The notes beneath the pieces are model-generated. The model was not told where the DNA came from. It did no database searches and was given only the letters and a program-made list of their open reading frames with translations. Source: Candidatus Bathyarchaeia archaeon (lineage in GTDB: Archaea; Thermoproteota; Bathyarchaeia; Bathyarchaeales; DTEX01). Taken from it: a DNA stretch of 64,000 nt. The position numbers and the translations under genes are program-made. The stretch is taken from positions 13,509-77,508 of the forward strand of contig JAWAZE010000004.1 in NCBI GenBank assembly GCA_038817885.1, read 5' to 3'. This document shows positions 1 to 9,818 of this stretch, piece by piece; within the stretch, counting starts at the first letter, position 1; every line of letters starts with the position of its first letter.

Positions 1-546
1 AAGCCTCCTAGCGAAAGGATTAGGGAGATGATGAAGGTGTATGGGTTAAATGAGAAGCTCGCCGGGCAGCTCCTAGACGCCGAGTATGATGATCTCTTCG
101 AGGTAATTGTTAGGGAGACCGGGGTTACACCAACGGTTGTGGCCACGGTGCTCACAGAGACCCTTAAGGCCCTTAAACGCGATGGATTTAATGTTGGCGC
201 GTTAGCTGATGAGCAGATAATTGAAACGTTTAGGCTTGTCAGCCAGGGTATAACGACTAAGGAGGCTATACCAGAAATATTGAAGTGGCTTTCTAAGCAT
301 GAGGGGGCTGATCCAGTCGATGCCGTAAGGGAGCTTAATTTAACGATAATGCCGGAGGAGGAGCTTCATGAAATAATTGTCGGATATATTGAAAGGAACG
401 AGAATCTAATTCTAGAGAGGGGTCTCGGCGCACTTAGCACACTAATGGGCTTGATCATGAGGGATTTAAGAGGTAGGGTAAAGCCCGAAATAGTCAGCAA
501 GATCCTTAAAGAGGAGATTTCGAGGAAAATTAAGACGGATCATTAA
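1..546 (+). CDS. gatE: Glu-tRNA(Gln) amidotransferase subunit E, C-terminal part (runs off the window start)
   Basis: GatB/Yqey-like C-terminus (ITTKEAIPEIL...LMGLIMRDLRGRV); frame open from the window start. Confidence 0.85.
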   Translation, partial: KPPSERIREMMKVYGLNEKLAGQLLDAEYDDLFEVIVRETGVTPTVVATVLTETLKALKRDGFNVGALADEQIIETFRLVSQGITTKEAIPEILKWLSKHEGADPVDAVRELNLTIMPEEELHEIIVGYIERNENLILERGLGALSTLMGLIMRDLRGRVKPEIVSKILKEEISRKIKTDH

Positions 547-613
547 ATCATAAATGTTATAAAAATATTATATATAGAATGTTATAAGTTTAACATGCAT
601 CAAAAAGTATAAT

Positions 614-1108
614 GTGATGTTTGTGGGGAGAATTCAAGCTGAAATAAATATGCCCTTCGGCAAAGTAGTAATTGAAGGCTCAACCCCAAAGGATTTGCTT
701 GAAATACTAGAGCACTTACCAGAAGACTTTTTCAGCAATCTAGAAACTCTTATCTCAAAGAAAATCGTGGTGGGCTGTGGAGCTAGCCCTGAAAAAATTA
801 ATAGTATAGTGAAGTACACTGATGAGGGGCCGGTGCTGGTGCTAAAAGATCCTGGTTCCATCACGCATTATGAGGCTATCGGCTTGCTCTTATATTTCTT
901 TAAGAATAAACGTTGTAGTCCCTCACATATAAGGCGCCTTCTCAAATATTCAGGAATCTCCATTCAAGTCTCTTCAAGGCTAAATGAGATGTTTAGAAAA
1001 GGCTTAGTTTTTAAGCCCTCTCCTAAAGAGTCGGAGTGGACTCTAACTCCGAAGGGCGAGCGGTGGGTCGAGGAAGAGGTTCTGCCAAGGGTAATAAAGA
1101 CTTTATGA
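614..1108 (+). CDS. Hypothetical protein with C-terminal winged helix; paralog of 2015-2536 and 2533-3027
   Basis: EGPV motif; VSSRLNEMFRKGLV...WTLTPKG wHTH signature. Confidence 0.7.
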   Translation: MMFVGRIQAEINMPFGKVVIEGSTPKDLLEILEHLPEDFFSNLETLISKKIVVGCGASPEKINSIVKYTDEGPVLVLKDPGSITHYEAIGLLLYFFKNKRCSPSHIRRLLKYSGISIQVSSRLNEMFRKGLVFKPSPKESEWTLTPKGERWVEEEVLPRVIKTL

Positions 1109-1840
1109 ACTGTTATTCTTCACCATTCTCTCATGCGCGTGTTCATAATAGGCTTCCAGCATCGCCTTAATATACTCCTTAAGCATCGCAGGCGTAATCT
1201 CCGGAGTTATAGTTAAATTTATTGTTATGTTTGCTCTAGGCTCCATAGATATCCCAAATGCCGGTAACACCTTCTCCTCAGCCTTCTTGGCGGGCGGTTT
1301 CATCAATCTAACTTCTGCAGGAGATGGCTTCTTTGGCGGCTTAATCGGCTTCTTGACGGTGGATATCCAACCTATTTGGAAAGCGTATGCAATTAAATCT
1401 AGGAAGGCGTTCAGCCCAACCTTATCAGCCCTCAGATCACCAATAATTCTTGGTAGATCTATTAGGGCTGTCTCCCTATCAATCCCCTCATTCTTTATCC
1501 GCTCAACAAATTTAACCAGGGTCTCATCCTTTGAGAGGATGTTTCTTAGGAGAAGCTTTGTTAAGCTGCCATCCGGGTCGATTCGATAAGCGTGGGCAAA
1601 TTCCGCAGCCTCCTTGGTCAGTCTGTACTTCCCCTGCTCCTCCTCGCTTTCCTCTATGAAACCCCAGCTCTTTAAAAAAATATTATTGCGGCTAATATTA
1701 TATAGGGTAACCGTGGATTTTTCGGCAACATCGCTTACACTAACATACTCTTTATCGGCGCCAGCATTTAGGTAGGCAACCAATACCTCACATATTTTAG
1801 GAAAACTTAGGCGCCTTGGAAGAACTTTTAATGTGCTCAT
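1103..1840 (-). CDS. Hypothetical winged-helix protein with Pro/Lys-rich linker
   Basis: VSVSDVAEK...FLKSWGFIEE...GKYRLTKEA wHTH pattern; 245 aa ORF. Confidence 0.65.
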   Translation of the reverse strand: MSTLKVLPRRLSFPKICEVLVAYLNAGADKEYVSVSDVAEKSTVTLYNISRNNIFLKSWGFIEESEEEQGKYRLTKEAAEFAHAYRIDPDGSLTKLLLRNILSKDETLVKFVERIKNEGIDRETALIDLPRIIGDLRADKVGLNAFLDLIAYAFQIGWISTVKKPIKPPKKPSPAEVRLMKPPAKKAEEKVLPAFGISMEPRANITINLTITPEITPAMLKEYIKAMLEAYYEHAHERMVKNNSS

Positions 1841-2014
1841 CCCTTAACCCTCAAATTAACTAAGCCGGAAAGCAACATCCACAGCTGATAGATCCCTCAT
1901 ACTAAGAATATATCCTTTTTGTCTAATCAAAATATCTTTCAGCAAAAATCTTTTAGATTTAAACATAGTATATATCTTTGGGGATTGCCAGAAAAAGAGG
2001 ATTTGTGAGGAGCA

Positions 2015-2536
2015 ATGCGAAGTGGAGGGGAAAATTTAGAATTATCTGTAAAATACAGAGATATTGAAACGAGATTTGTGGGTAAACCGGATGAAGTTAT
2101 AAGATTATTTCTCGATTTCATAAGTAGGGTTCTACCAGCTTTTGATCTGGCCAGCCAGCTGACTCTCTCTGTAGACTTAGACAGCCTTTTAAGAAGTGTT
2201 AAGGGCTTAATAGCCTTCGCGCCAGAGGGGCCAGTTATAACTATTTCACGCGAGAAGATGGGTGGCGATAAAAACGCTATAATGCTCAATTTAATTAAGG
2301 CGTATATTGGCTATAGAATTGGCCGCTTAGAAAAGGACTCCGTCTCGGTGGCCGAGCTTGCATCTACAACTGGATGTAAGGGTGGGACTGTTGCCGCCCG
2401 CCTAAGCGAACTGATGGATATGGGACTTGTTGAGAGGGTTGGGCGTGGAGAATATAGAGTGACAACACTCGGGGTGAAGATATTTCTTGATGAAATGTTA
2501 CCGAAGATTAAGATGGAGGTTGAGGGTAAAAGTTGA
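2015..2536 (+). CDS. Hypothetical winged-helix protein
   Basis: APEGPV motif; TVAARLSELMDMGLVERVGRGEYRVTTLG. Confidence 0.75.
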   Translation: MRSGGENLELSVKYRDIETRFVGKPDEVIRLFLDFISRVLPAFDLASQLTLSVDLDSLLRSVKGLIAFAPEGPVITISREKMGGDKNAIMLNLIKAYIGYRIGRLEKDSVSVAELASTTGCKGGTVAARLSELMDMGLVERVGRGEYRVTTLGVKIFLDEMLPKIKMEVEGKS

Positions 2537-3027
2537 GCGGGAAAGATACTGTTAAAGTCCACCTAGAGATTGGAGACTTAAAGGTGGATTTTGAGGGTGA
2601 TTCTAAGCAGGTTTTTGAGTCACTTTTACGTTTCCTATCACAGGTTTGCCCAAACATAGAGCTGCTACAAAAAATTACGTATGCGCCAGATCTAGTGAAC
2701 CTAATGAATAATATCGCTGGCTTAGTTGAGATATCCTCGGAGGGTCCATTAATTAACCTAAACCTAGACTTATCTACGAGGAACGCGATATGCCTCGCTC
2801 TTTTAGGCGCCTATATAGGAAATAGGATTGGAAAGCTTAGTAAAGACACTTTGTCTATAAGTGAGCTATCAAAGTTGACCGGTAAGGCTAAGAAGACCGT
2901 AACTAATGAGATGCCGAAGCTTATCGAGAACGGTTTAGTTGAGAGGGTTTATGAGGGGGAGTATAGGATAACGGAACTTGGAATCAGGAGAACGGAGGAT
3001 ATTATTAAGGCTGTAAAAGGTGTATGA
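2533..3027 (+). CDS. Hypothetical winged-helix protein, tandem paralog of the upstream gene
   Basis: SSEGPL motif, AYIGxRIG shared with upstream ORF, KLIENGLVERVYEGEYRITELG; 4-nt overlap. Confidence 0.75.
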   Translation: MSGKDTVKVHLEIGDLKVDFEGDSKQVFESLLRFLSQVCPNIELLQKITYAPDLVNLMNNIAGLVEISSEGPLINLNLDLSTRNAICLALLGAYIGNRIGKLSKDTLSISELSKLTGKAKKTVTNEMPKLIENGLVERVYEGEYRITELGIRRTEDIIKAVKGV

Positions 3028-3031
3028 TTGA

Positions 3032-3604
3032 TTAACCCTCAACGACATAACGATAATATACGCTTTCCCCGGCGGTTGGGCTCCGCCTTATTATCTTTAC
3101 GATGTCCCCCGGCTTAGCCCCGATTAGACGAATCGCTGGGTCAGAAGCCTTTATGCGCGGCAGCTTATATGGCTCTATATAATATTTTTCTAGGAGAGCC
3201 CGTCTCTCCTCTGGCGAGAGGATTTCATGCTTTGGAACTAGGTAATGCTTAAATATGTTAAATGATGGGAAGTCCTGCGGGATTAGCTCAATATTATCCT
3301 TTTTGGCTTGGGATTTAGCGGACTGCGTATACCTATTACTCACTATTATCCCGCTCTCAGCACCCCTTTCTTTCATGTACTTTGCCATCTGATTCACGTG
3401 TTTAATGCCAACCTCTGCAATGAATGTGGTCCATATAAGAACCTTCTTTCCTTCCTTATCCTCAACTAAGGCGAATATGTTATCCTCATCCTCCTTCCTC
3501 TCTAAAACCTTATAATTCCTGAGTTCGATTAACACGTTCATTTTCCTCTCAAGTATCGGGTCTACTGGCAAGTAGGGCACCCTCAAGAAAACTCGATATA
3601 TCAA
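3032..3604 (-). CDS. rpoH: RNA polymerase subunit Rpo5/RpoH with N-terminal Mrr/Rpb5-N-like domain (start may be a few codons downstream)
   Basis: C-terminal [11 protein letters not shown]...[10 protein letters not shown]...[27 protein letters not shown] is the Rpb5_C signature; about 100 extra N-terminal residues. Confidence 0.9.
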   Translation of the reverse strand: MIYRVFLRVPYLPVDPILERKMNVLIELRNYKVLERKEDEDNIFALVEDKEGKKVLIWTTFIAEVGIKHVNQMAKYMKERGAESGIIVSNRYTQSAKSQAKKDNIELIPQDFPSFNIFKHYLVPKHEILSPEERRALLEKYYIEPYKLPRIKASDPAIRLIGAKPGDIVKIIRRSPTAGESVYYRYVVEG

Positions 3605-3613
3605 CCCTAATAA

Positions 3614-4377
3614 TTAAATTTTTTCCTTTATTTGGGCGGCTCCCTCTCTGAGGTATGCTACAACAGCTCCAAGGGCGCTCGCAAGCTCGCAGTTCTCGGG
3701 GATAGAGACATTAACGGAAAGCATTTTCACCGTTTCATATATAATCTTAGAGAACAGCCTGTTTTTAGCTAGCATTCCAGTGACGACCACATCATCCTCT
3801 AAATTATATGCTTTTGCCGCCATCGCCGAGACAACACCAATTGTCTGCGAAACCAAATTAAGTATGCCAGCCGCAATATCCTCAGCGCTCGCCCCGCTTA
3901 AAAGCTTTCCAAAGTTTGAGGCTGTTGCATCTGCCGGTAATATGCCAATAGAGCCTCCAATTAAATCGCCTACCATCAGGTCTACCCTGCTTGGATTGCC
4001 CCTTAAAGCCATCTCTTCAAGGGTCTTAAAATCGAGCATCCCAAGCATCCTCCAAGAGAGCCCTAAAATTGTCCCACCGCCGACACACCTGTGCCGCCGA
4101 TATGCCTTATGGTCCTCCCACCCTCACGTAGGATGACAAGGGCGGTGCCAGTTCCAGCGTTCACAACTAGACAATCTTTCTTCCCAGAAAGGGTTGATCC
4201 TCCAAACCCTATAGCCTCTATCTCATTAATCCGTGTGAGAGGTATCCCAAGAACCTCATCCCCAAGAAACCTTGAACCCCCACCGGTAGCTGCGATGATC
4301 TTCACGCTCTCTCTATGAGCCGGGTCGATTATGCTGAGGAGGTGCTTAAGAGACTTCGGAGCCGTTTTCTTTGGATC
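3614..4377 (-). pseudogene. Type II pantothenate kinase-like (Fumble/CoaW family), frameshifted and N-terminally truncated
   Basis: ATGGGS, EIEAIGFGG, VNAGTGT, HIGGTG(V)GGGTILG, ASNFGK motifs; 2-nt GT insertion near 4085; in-frame stop upstream and no N-terminal DxGG motif. Confidence 0.75.
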
Positions 4378-4752
4378 CTAATGGTCACCATAGGATATTT
4401 TTATCCGCAGTGGCGGAGCTATGGTGTGGCATCAATAATTGGTCTGGGGGTTGGGAGCACAATTATAGGGTTTGTCGTCTGGGCATACAGCCAAGTATTC
4501 GTCCTCCCAGCCTCGGTTGGAGGGGTTCCAATTACCGCTATACGCCGCCCTAATCTGGCTAATATGGACATTTGCAACTGAAATTCCATTCCTCGTAATT
4601 CTCGGGCCCCAATTCTAAGGGTCTGCTTACGAGCATTCCCAAACTTAAATCCATTAAAGGAGTAAGGGGCGTGAGCTAGGAAAATGGAAAACATTAAATT
4701 TGTGAGGAATGTTAACCATAATATTCCGCTCTATTAGGGATGGAAGGAGAAC

Positions 4753-5241
4753 TTGTTAAATATAGTTGCCGTCGGCGGGACGTTTGATGAGCTGCATAAG
4801 GGGCATAAAGCCCTACTAAGAACGGCTTTCGAGATCGGTAAAATTGTTTGGATAGGTTTATCCACGGATGAGTTTGCGAGAAAATTACGTAAAAACCATA
4901 CAATTGCGCCCTACGAGGTTAGACTCAGAAACCTCATGCGCTTCATTGAGGATTTAGGTGCCTCAAATAGGGCTAAAATAGTGCCGCTAAATGATCCATA
5001 TGGGCCATCCATATCGAGCCAGGAGATCGAGGCGATAGTTGTCAGCCGGGAGACCGAGACTAGAGCTAAGGAGATAAATGTTCTAAGGGAGAGGAGGGGG
5101 CTTAAACCATTAAAGATAATAGTCATAGACATGGTTTTAGCCGAAGACAAAATCCCAATATCAACCACAAGAATTAAGCGCGGCGAAATAGATCATGAGG
5201 GCCGATTAATTAGAAGGGAAATATTTAAGGGGGGAGAATAA
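4753..5241 (+). CDS. coaD: Phosphopantetheine adenylyltransferase (archaeal type)
   Basis: VAVGGTFDELHKGH, LNDPYGP, ISTTRIKRGEID. Confidence 0.9.
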   Translation: MLNIVAVGGTFDELHKGHKALLRTAFEIGKIVWIGLSTDEFARKLRKNHTIAPYEVRLRNLMRFIEDLGASNRAKIVPLNDPYGPSISSQEIEAIVVSRETETRAKEINVLRERRGLKPLKIIVIDMVLAEDKIPISTTRIKRGEIDHEGRLIRREIFKGGE

Positions 5242-5272
5242 TACTGTTACTTGGTTATCTTAGGCGGATACC

Positions 5273-6418
5273 GTGGTTCAGTTGAAGAGAACTGGTTTAG
5301 CCGAACTCCCACTTCATGATGGTAAGGCCCCTCAATGGCTAGTTAAACGCATGATAGGATTGGCGAGAGAAATAACTACAATTATTATTGATGAGTATGG
5401 GCGGGAGGAATTCCTCCGGAGGATCTCAGACCCACATTGGTTTCAGGCCCTTGGCTGCGTATTAGGATATGATTGGCACTCCTCCGGAGTAACAACTGTT
5501 GTCACCGGAGTTTTAAAAACAGCCCTTAAGGAGGCGGACTTAGGCGTAGCTGTATGTGGCGGTAAAGGGAAAGCCTCTAGAGAAACACTCTCAGAGATAG
5601 CGGTTATTGGGGAGACCTTTAACCTATCAACATCAAAGATAAATGAGCTGCGGTATGCGAGTAGGATGAGCGCTAAAGTTGATAACTCCGCTATACAGGC
5701 TGGCTACCAGCTCTATCACCACGCCTTCTTTGTCGCTGAGGATGGCAGATGGGCTGTTATCCAGCAGGGAATGAACGTGAACGATAGGACGGCGCGCAGA
5801 TACCATTGGCTATCAGACCACGTTGAAAACTTTGTTATTGAGCCCCACAGCGCCATAGTTGGGGATGTTAGACGACCATTCGCGCTCGATATGACCGCTA
5901 AGGAAAGCGAAGAGTGTAGGAGAACATCTGTGGATATAGTCAAGGAGAAGCCTCAGAGGGTTGCGAGAATGCTTGAGATGATAAGGCCATCATGCCAAAG
6001 ATCCCTGAGAGAATGGGTTCCCGAAATAGCGTCTAAAGAGGACGGGGAATATGTTGCGGAGTTTCTTAAGATGCCGTTATCAATAAACTGGAAGGCTCTG
6101 AAGAGGGCTTACGAGATACAGCCAAGAAACTATGAGGAGCTTCTGGGAATTAAGGGTATAGGCTCCTCAACCGTTAGGGGGCTGGCGCTCATCTCAGAGA
6201 TAATATATGGCAATAAGCCAAGCTGGAGGGATCCGGTGAAGTACTCCTTCGCCTACGGCGGTAAGGATGGCGTCCCATACCCAGTTAATAGGAGGGCTAT
6301 GGACGAGTCAATAAGGATTTTAAGGGAGGCTGTTAGTAAGGCTAAGCTTGGGGATAGGGAGCGCCTAGAAATGCTCCAGAAGCTTAGAAGATTTGTGCCG
6401 CCAGACATCAAGATTTAA
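5273..6418 (+). CDS. DUF763 domain protein
   Basis: LPLHDGKAPQWL, WFQALGCVLGYDWHSSGVTT, FAYGGKDGVPYPV. Confidence 0.9.
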   Translation: MVQLKRTGLAELPLHDGKAPQWLVKRMIGLAREITTIIIDEYGREEFLRRISDPHWFQALGCVLGYDWHSSGVTTVVTGVLKTALKEADLGVAVCGGKGKASRETLSEIAVIGETFNLSTSKINELRYASRMSAKVDNSAIQAGYQLYHHAFFVAEDGRWAVIQQGMNVNDRTARRYHWLSDHVENFVIEPHSAIVGDVRRPFALDMTAKESEECRRTSVDIVKEKPQRVARMLEMIRPSCQRSLREWVPEIASKEDGEYVAEFLKMPLSINWKALKRAYEIQPRNYEELLGIKGIGSSTVRGLALISEIIYGNKPSWRDPVKYSFAYGGKDGVPYPVNRRAMDESIRILREAVSKAKLGDRERLEMLQKLRRFVPPDIKI

Positions 6419-6471
6419 CTCCCCTTACTCTCCATTAAAACGGAGCGCGTGTGGCGCGCTTCTATAGGTGC

Positions 6472-6990
6472 TTATTTCGCCTCTAAACCAAGTAGCCTTC
6501 TAGTTCTGTTAACGTAGGATTTAGCCGCCTGCTCAATTACCCTTCTATCATTTTCATTAACTTCCCTAACAACTTTTGCTGGGATCCCCATAGCTATGCT
6601 GCCGCTCGGTATTACTGTTCCCTCGGTCACCACGGCTCCAGCCCCTATTATACACCACTCCCCAATCTTAACATAATTCATTACTATTGCCCCCATACCT
6701 ATCAGCGTGTTAGAGCCCACCATGGCACTATGCACAACAGCTCTATGTCCAATCGTAACCCCATCGCCAATAACTACTGGTGCTCCCTGATCCGCGTGTA
6801 GTATGGCTCCATCCTGAACGTTAGACTCATTGCCTATCACTATGCGCTCTAAGTCCCCTCTTAACACGGCGTAAGGCCATACGCTTGAAAGATCCCCTAT
6901 CTCAACGCTACCTCCAACGAAGGCTAGCTCATGGATAAAGCATAGCTTAGAGAGCTTAGGTGTCCTCCCAAACAATTCTATAACAACCAT
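6472..6990 (-). CDS. Gamma carbonic anhydrase family protein
   Basis: VLRGD, SNVQDGAILH, VTIGHRAVVH hexapeptide repeats. Confidence 0.9.
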   Translation of the reverse strand: MVVIELFGRTPKLSKLCFIHELAFVGGSVEIGDLSSVWPYAVLRGDLERIVIGNESNVQDGAILHADQGAPVVIGDGVTIGHRAVVHSAMVGSNTLIGMGAIVMNYVKIGEWCIIGAGAVVTEGTVIPSGSIAMGIPAKVVREVNENDRRVIEQAAKSYVNRTRRLLGLEAK

Positions 6991-7113
6991 ACTGCTAGAA
7001 AGAGAACATTGAAATATTAAAGGCTATCGCTTAATGGGGTTATGTAAAGTTCAACTGATGGCGTCTTCACATAAATTAGACGGAGCTAGCCGCAACCTAA
7101 TGAAATAAACCCT

Positions 7114-7677
7114 CTAAAATGTGGGCCCAAAGCGCTCCAATAGAACCCTCAATATTTTTTCTGCGCACTCCTCTGGGCTAAGCTTATCTGAGTCCACTAT
7201 CACCTCAGGGTTCACTGGCTCCTCATATGGCACCCCAACGCCAGGAACTGTTCGGCTCTCCCCCCTAAACGCTTTAGCATATATGCCGCCCGGCGCACCA
7301 TAAGCATCTACGCCGCGCCTAGACTCTCTCTCGACGCAGACCTCTAATGGACACCTCAAATAAGCCTCAATAAATCTTGGGATCAACCTTCTGGCTTCAT
7401 CACGGTACTTACGCCTATTTCCAGTCGCATCAATAATCACGTTCACACCATTCTCCGTCAGAATCCTAGCAATATAGGCTAGCGTAGCGTAAACCATATC
7501 CCTCTCCTCCTCGCTATATTTGGGGTTAGGGGTCATAACCTTACGGAGCTCGTCCGAAGAGAGAACATAGACATGTATTCCATGGGCCCTAAGCCTCTCG
7601 GCGAGAAGATGCGCAACAGTGGATTTACCACTACCAGGCAAACCAGTAACCCAAACGCACCAGCCATTTTCAGGCAT
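7114..7677 (-). CDS. Adenylyl-sulfate kinase-like P-loop kinase
   Basis: WVTGLPGSGKST; PYEEPVNPEVIVDSD. Confidence 0.8.
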   Translation of the reverse strand: MPENGWCVWVTGLPGSGKSTVAHLLAERLRAHGIHVYVLSSDELRKVMTPNPKYSEEERDMVYATLAYIARILTENGVNVIIDATGNRRKYRDEARRLIPRFIEAYLRCPLEVCVERESRRGVDAYGAPGGIYAKAFRGESRTVPGVGVPYEEPVNPEVIVDSDKLSPEECAEKILRVLLERFGPTF

Positions 7678-7679
7678 AA

Positions 7680-7889
7680 TTATTTTCTCCTCTGGCGTGA
7701 AATTATCAGCCCATATATTCCATGAAAACTCATTAATAAGCCCATAAATGAGACGGAGAAAGCAAGTATTGATAGAAGGAACGATTTTTCTATAATATCG
7801 ATGACCATAAAGAATGATATAATGAAGCTCACTACTAACATTATTCCGCCAATGATTATTTCGGCGTGCTCCCTTTGTATATTAGCCAT
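7680..7889 (-). CDS. Small two-TM membrane protein in the ABC operon
   Basis: Two hydrophobic segments; overlaps the oppF end. Confidence 0.65.
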   Translation of the reverse strand: MANIQREHAEIIIGGIMLVVSFIISFFMVIDIIEKSFLLSILAFSVSFMGLLMSFHGIYGLIISRQRRK

Positions 7890-8853
7890 AGAGCCAGCAC
7901 TTCACATAGTGCCCCTTATTAACTTCAATAATTGGGGGCTCTTTAGAATCACATATCCCCTTAATAATTTTTGGGCATCTCGGGTTAAAGCGGCATCCTG
8001 CTGGCGGGCTTATCAAATTTGGTGGTTCACCCGTGGGAACATCTCTAATTACGAAGCGATTTGCTGGGTCGGGGTCCGGTATGACGTTGAGTAGCGCCAT
8101 AGTGTATGGGTGCAGTGGGTTACTTAATATTTCTCTTGTCTCCGCATTCTCGATAATATGGGCCGCATACATTATATAGATTCTCTCCGAAAAGTACTTT
8201 GTCGTGGATAGGTCATGCGTAATATATAATATGCTCTGATTATATTTTTGCTGTAGATCTTGAAGTAGCTTTAATATTTCTATTCTAACAGAAGCATCCA
8301 GCATAGAAACAGGTTCATCAGCAACTATTAGCTTTGGCTCTAAAATTGTTGCTCTGGCTATAACTAGCCTTTGTTGCTGCCCCCCACTTAACATGTGCGG
8401 GTATTTATTAATGAAATCTTCAACTGGGGTCAGCTTAACTTTTTCTAGAGCTCTATGAATTCTTTCCTCCCTCTCCTCCCTACTTTTAATTCCATGAATT
8501 ATTAGCGGCTCCTCCAATATTCTTTTCACTGTCATAAAGGGTGGTAGTGCTCCAAATGGATCCTGCTGAACTAAGCCCGTTTCCCGCCTATACCACTTTA
8601 GATCCTTCCAATGGGTTATATCTTTACCATCAAATATTATTCTTCCATCAGTTGGCTCATATAATCTAAGTATGGTTTTGCCCAGAGTGGTTTTACCACA
8701 GCCGCTCTCACCAACTATGGCAGCTGCTTCTCCTTTAGCCAACGTTAGGCTCACTCCATCAACAGCCTTTAGATACAGTTTTCTACCGAGAAAACCCCTT
8801 TTTATCTCAAAGTACTTCTTTAGATCCTTAACTAGCAATAATTGGGTATTCAT
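7882..8853 (-). CDS. oppF: Peptide/nickel ABC transporter ATP-binding subunit
   Basis: GESGCGKT, LSGGQQQR, ADEPVS, C-terminal oligo_HPY domain. Confidence 0.92.
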   Translation of the reverse strand: MNTQLLLVKDLKKYFEIKRGFLGRKLYLKAVDGVSLTLAKGEAAAIVGESGCGKTTLGKTILRLYEPTDGRIIFDGKDITHWKDLKWYRRETGLVQQDPFGALPPFMTVKRILEEPLIIHGIKSREEREERIHRALEKVKLTPVEDFINKYPHMLSGGQQQRLVIARATILEPKLIVADEPVSMLDASVRIEILKLLQDLQQKYNQSILYITHDLSTTKYFSERIYIMYAAHIIENAETREILSNPLHPYTMALLNVIPDPDPANRFVIRDVPTGEPPNLISPPAGCRFNPRCPKIIKGICDSKEPPIIEVNKGHYVKCWLYG

Positions 8854-9818
8854 ACTTTTTTCTTCTCATAAAGCCAGCATTTAACATAAAAATTCTCATT
8901 TAAGTAAATTATAGGTGGATCCTCATTGCACTTCTCGAAAGCAAATGAGCACCTTTCAGAAAACCTACATCCTTTTGGCGGGTTCAGAAGGCTTGGGGGC
9001 GAACCGTGTATGAAGCCCAGCTCCTTATTGGTTCTGAGTGTCGGGACGCTTTCCATCAATTTTTGGGAATACGGGTGTTTTGGATTGCTATAGAATTTTT
9101 CTGCCGTGTTAAATTCAACTATTTGGCCAGCGTACATCACAGCAACCTTATCCGCCAATTCACTTGAGAGACTAATATCATGGGTTATGAATATCATGCT
9201 TATCTTCATTTCCATTTTGATATTCTTTAAGAGGTTCATTATATTTGCCTGGGTCAACACGTCTAGGGAGGATGTTGGTTCATCCAAAATTATTAGTTCC
9301 GGGTTTGTGAGGAGGGCCATTGCTATAATGGCTCTTTGTCTCATTCCACCACTCAATTCGAATGGATAATAATTTATGAAGTTTTCACCTATACCGACCG
9401 TTCTTAATGCCCTTGCAGCCTTTTCGAGGGCCTCCCTTTTATTCATCCTATAAATGATGAGAAGGGGCTCTATCATCTGTTCCCCAACCTTAATGACTGG
9501 GTTTAGAGAATTTAGCGCTGCCTGCGGGACATATGTAATCTTATTCCATCTAATCTTACTCAAGAATTCTTTTTCATCTAGATCCATCAGATCTATGCCA
9601 TTGAATAGGACTATACCCTTATACACAGATACATTTCTGGGCAATAATCTTATTATCGATTTTGCTAGCGAACTCTTTCCGCACCCCGATTCGCCGATGA
9701 TTGCTACCGTTTCTCCCTTAGGTAACGAGAATGAAACGTCATCGACGGCTTTAACTTCCCCCTTCATTGTTCTGTAGTACATTGTCAGGTTCTTTACGTT
9801 TAGATGTTCTTCACTCAT
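8850..9818 (-). CDS. oppD: Peptide/nickel ABC transporter ATP-binding subunit
   Basis: GESGCGKS, LSGGMRQR, LDEPTS, HPY. Confidence 0.92.
   Translation of the reverse strand: MSEEHLNVKNLTMYYRTMKGEVKAVDDVSFSLPKGETVAIIGESGCGKSSLAKSIIRLLPRNVSVYKGIVLFNGIDLMDLDEKEFLSKIRWNKITYVPQAALNSLNPVIKVGEQMIEPLLIIYRMNKREALEKAARALRTVGIGENFINYYPFELSGGMRQRAIIAMALLTNPELIILDEPTSSLDVLTQANIMNLLKNIKMEMKISMIFITHDISLSSELADKVAVMYAGQIVEFNTAEKFYSNPKHPYSQKLMESVPTLRTNKELGFIHGSPPSLLNPPKGCRFSERCSFAFEKCNEDPPIIYLNENFYVKCWLYEKKKV

Noticed and set aside
4315..4694. ORFs 4315-4581 (+) and 4419-4694 (-) as real genes
   Set aside because: They overlap the PanK remnant and each other and show no recognisable motif; possibly a fragment of a membrane-protein gene, but unsupported
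7114..7677. Calling this cysC and inferring sulfate assimilation
   Set aside because: No sat/cysH nearby and the sequence is divergent, so the substrate is uncertain
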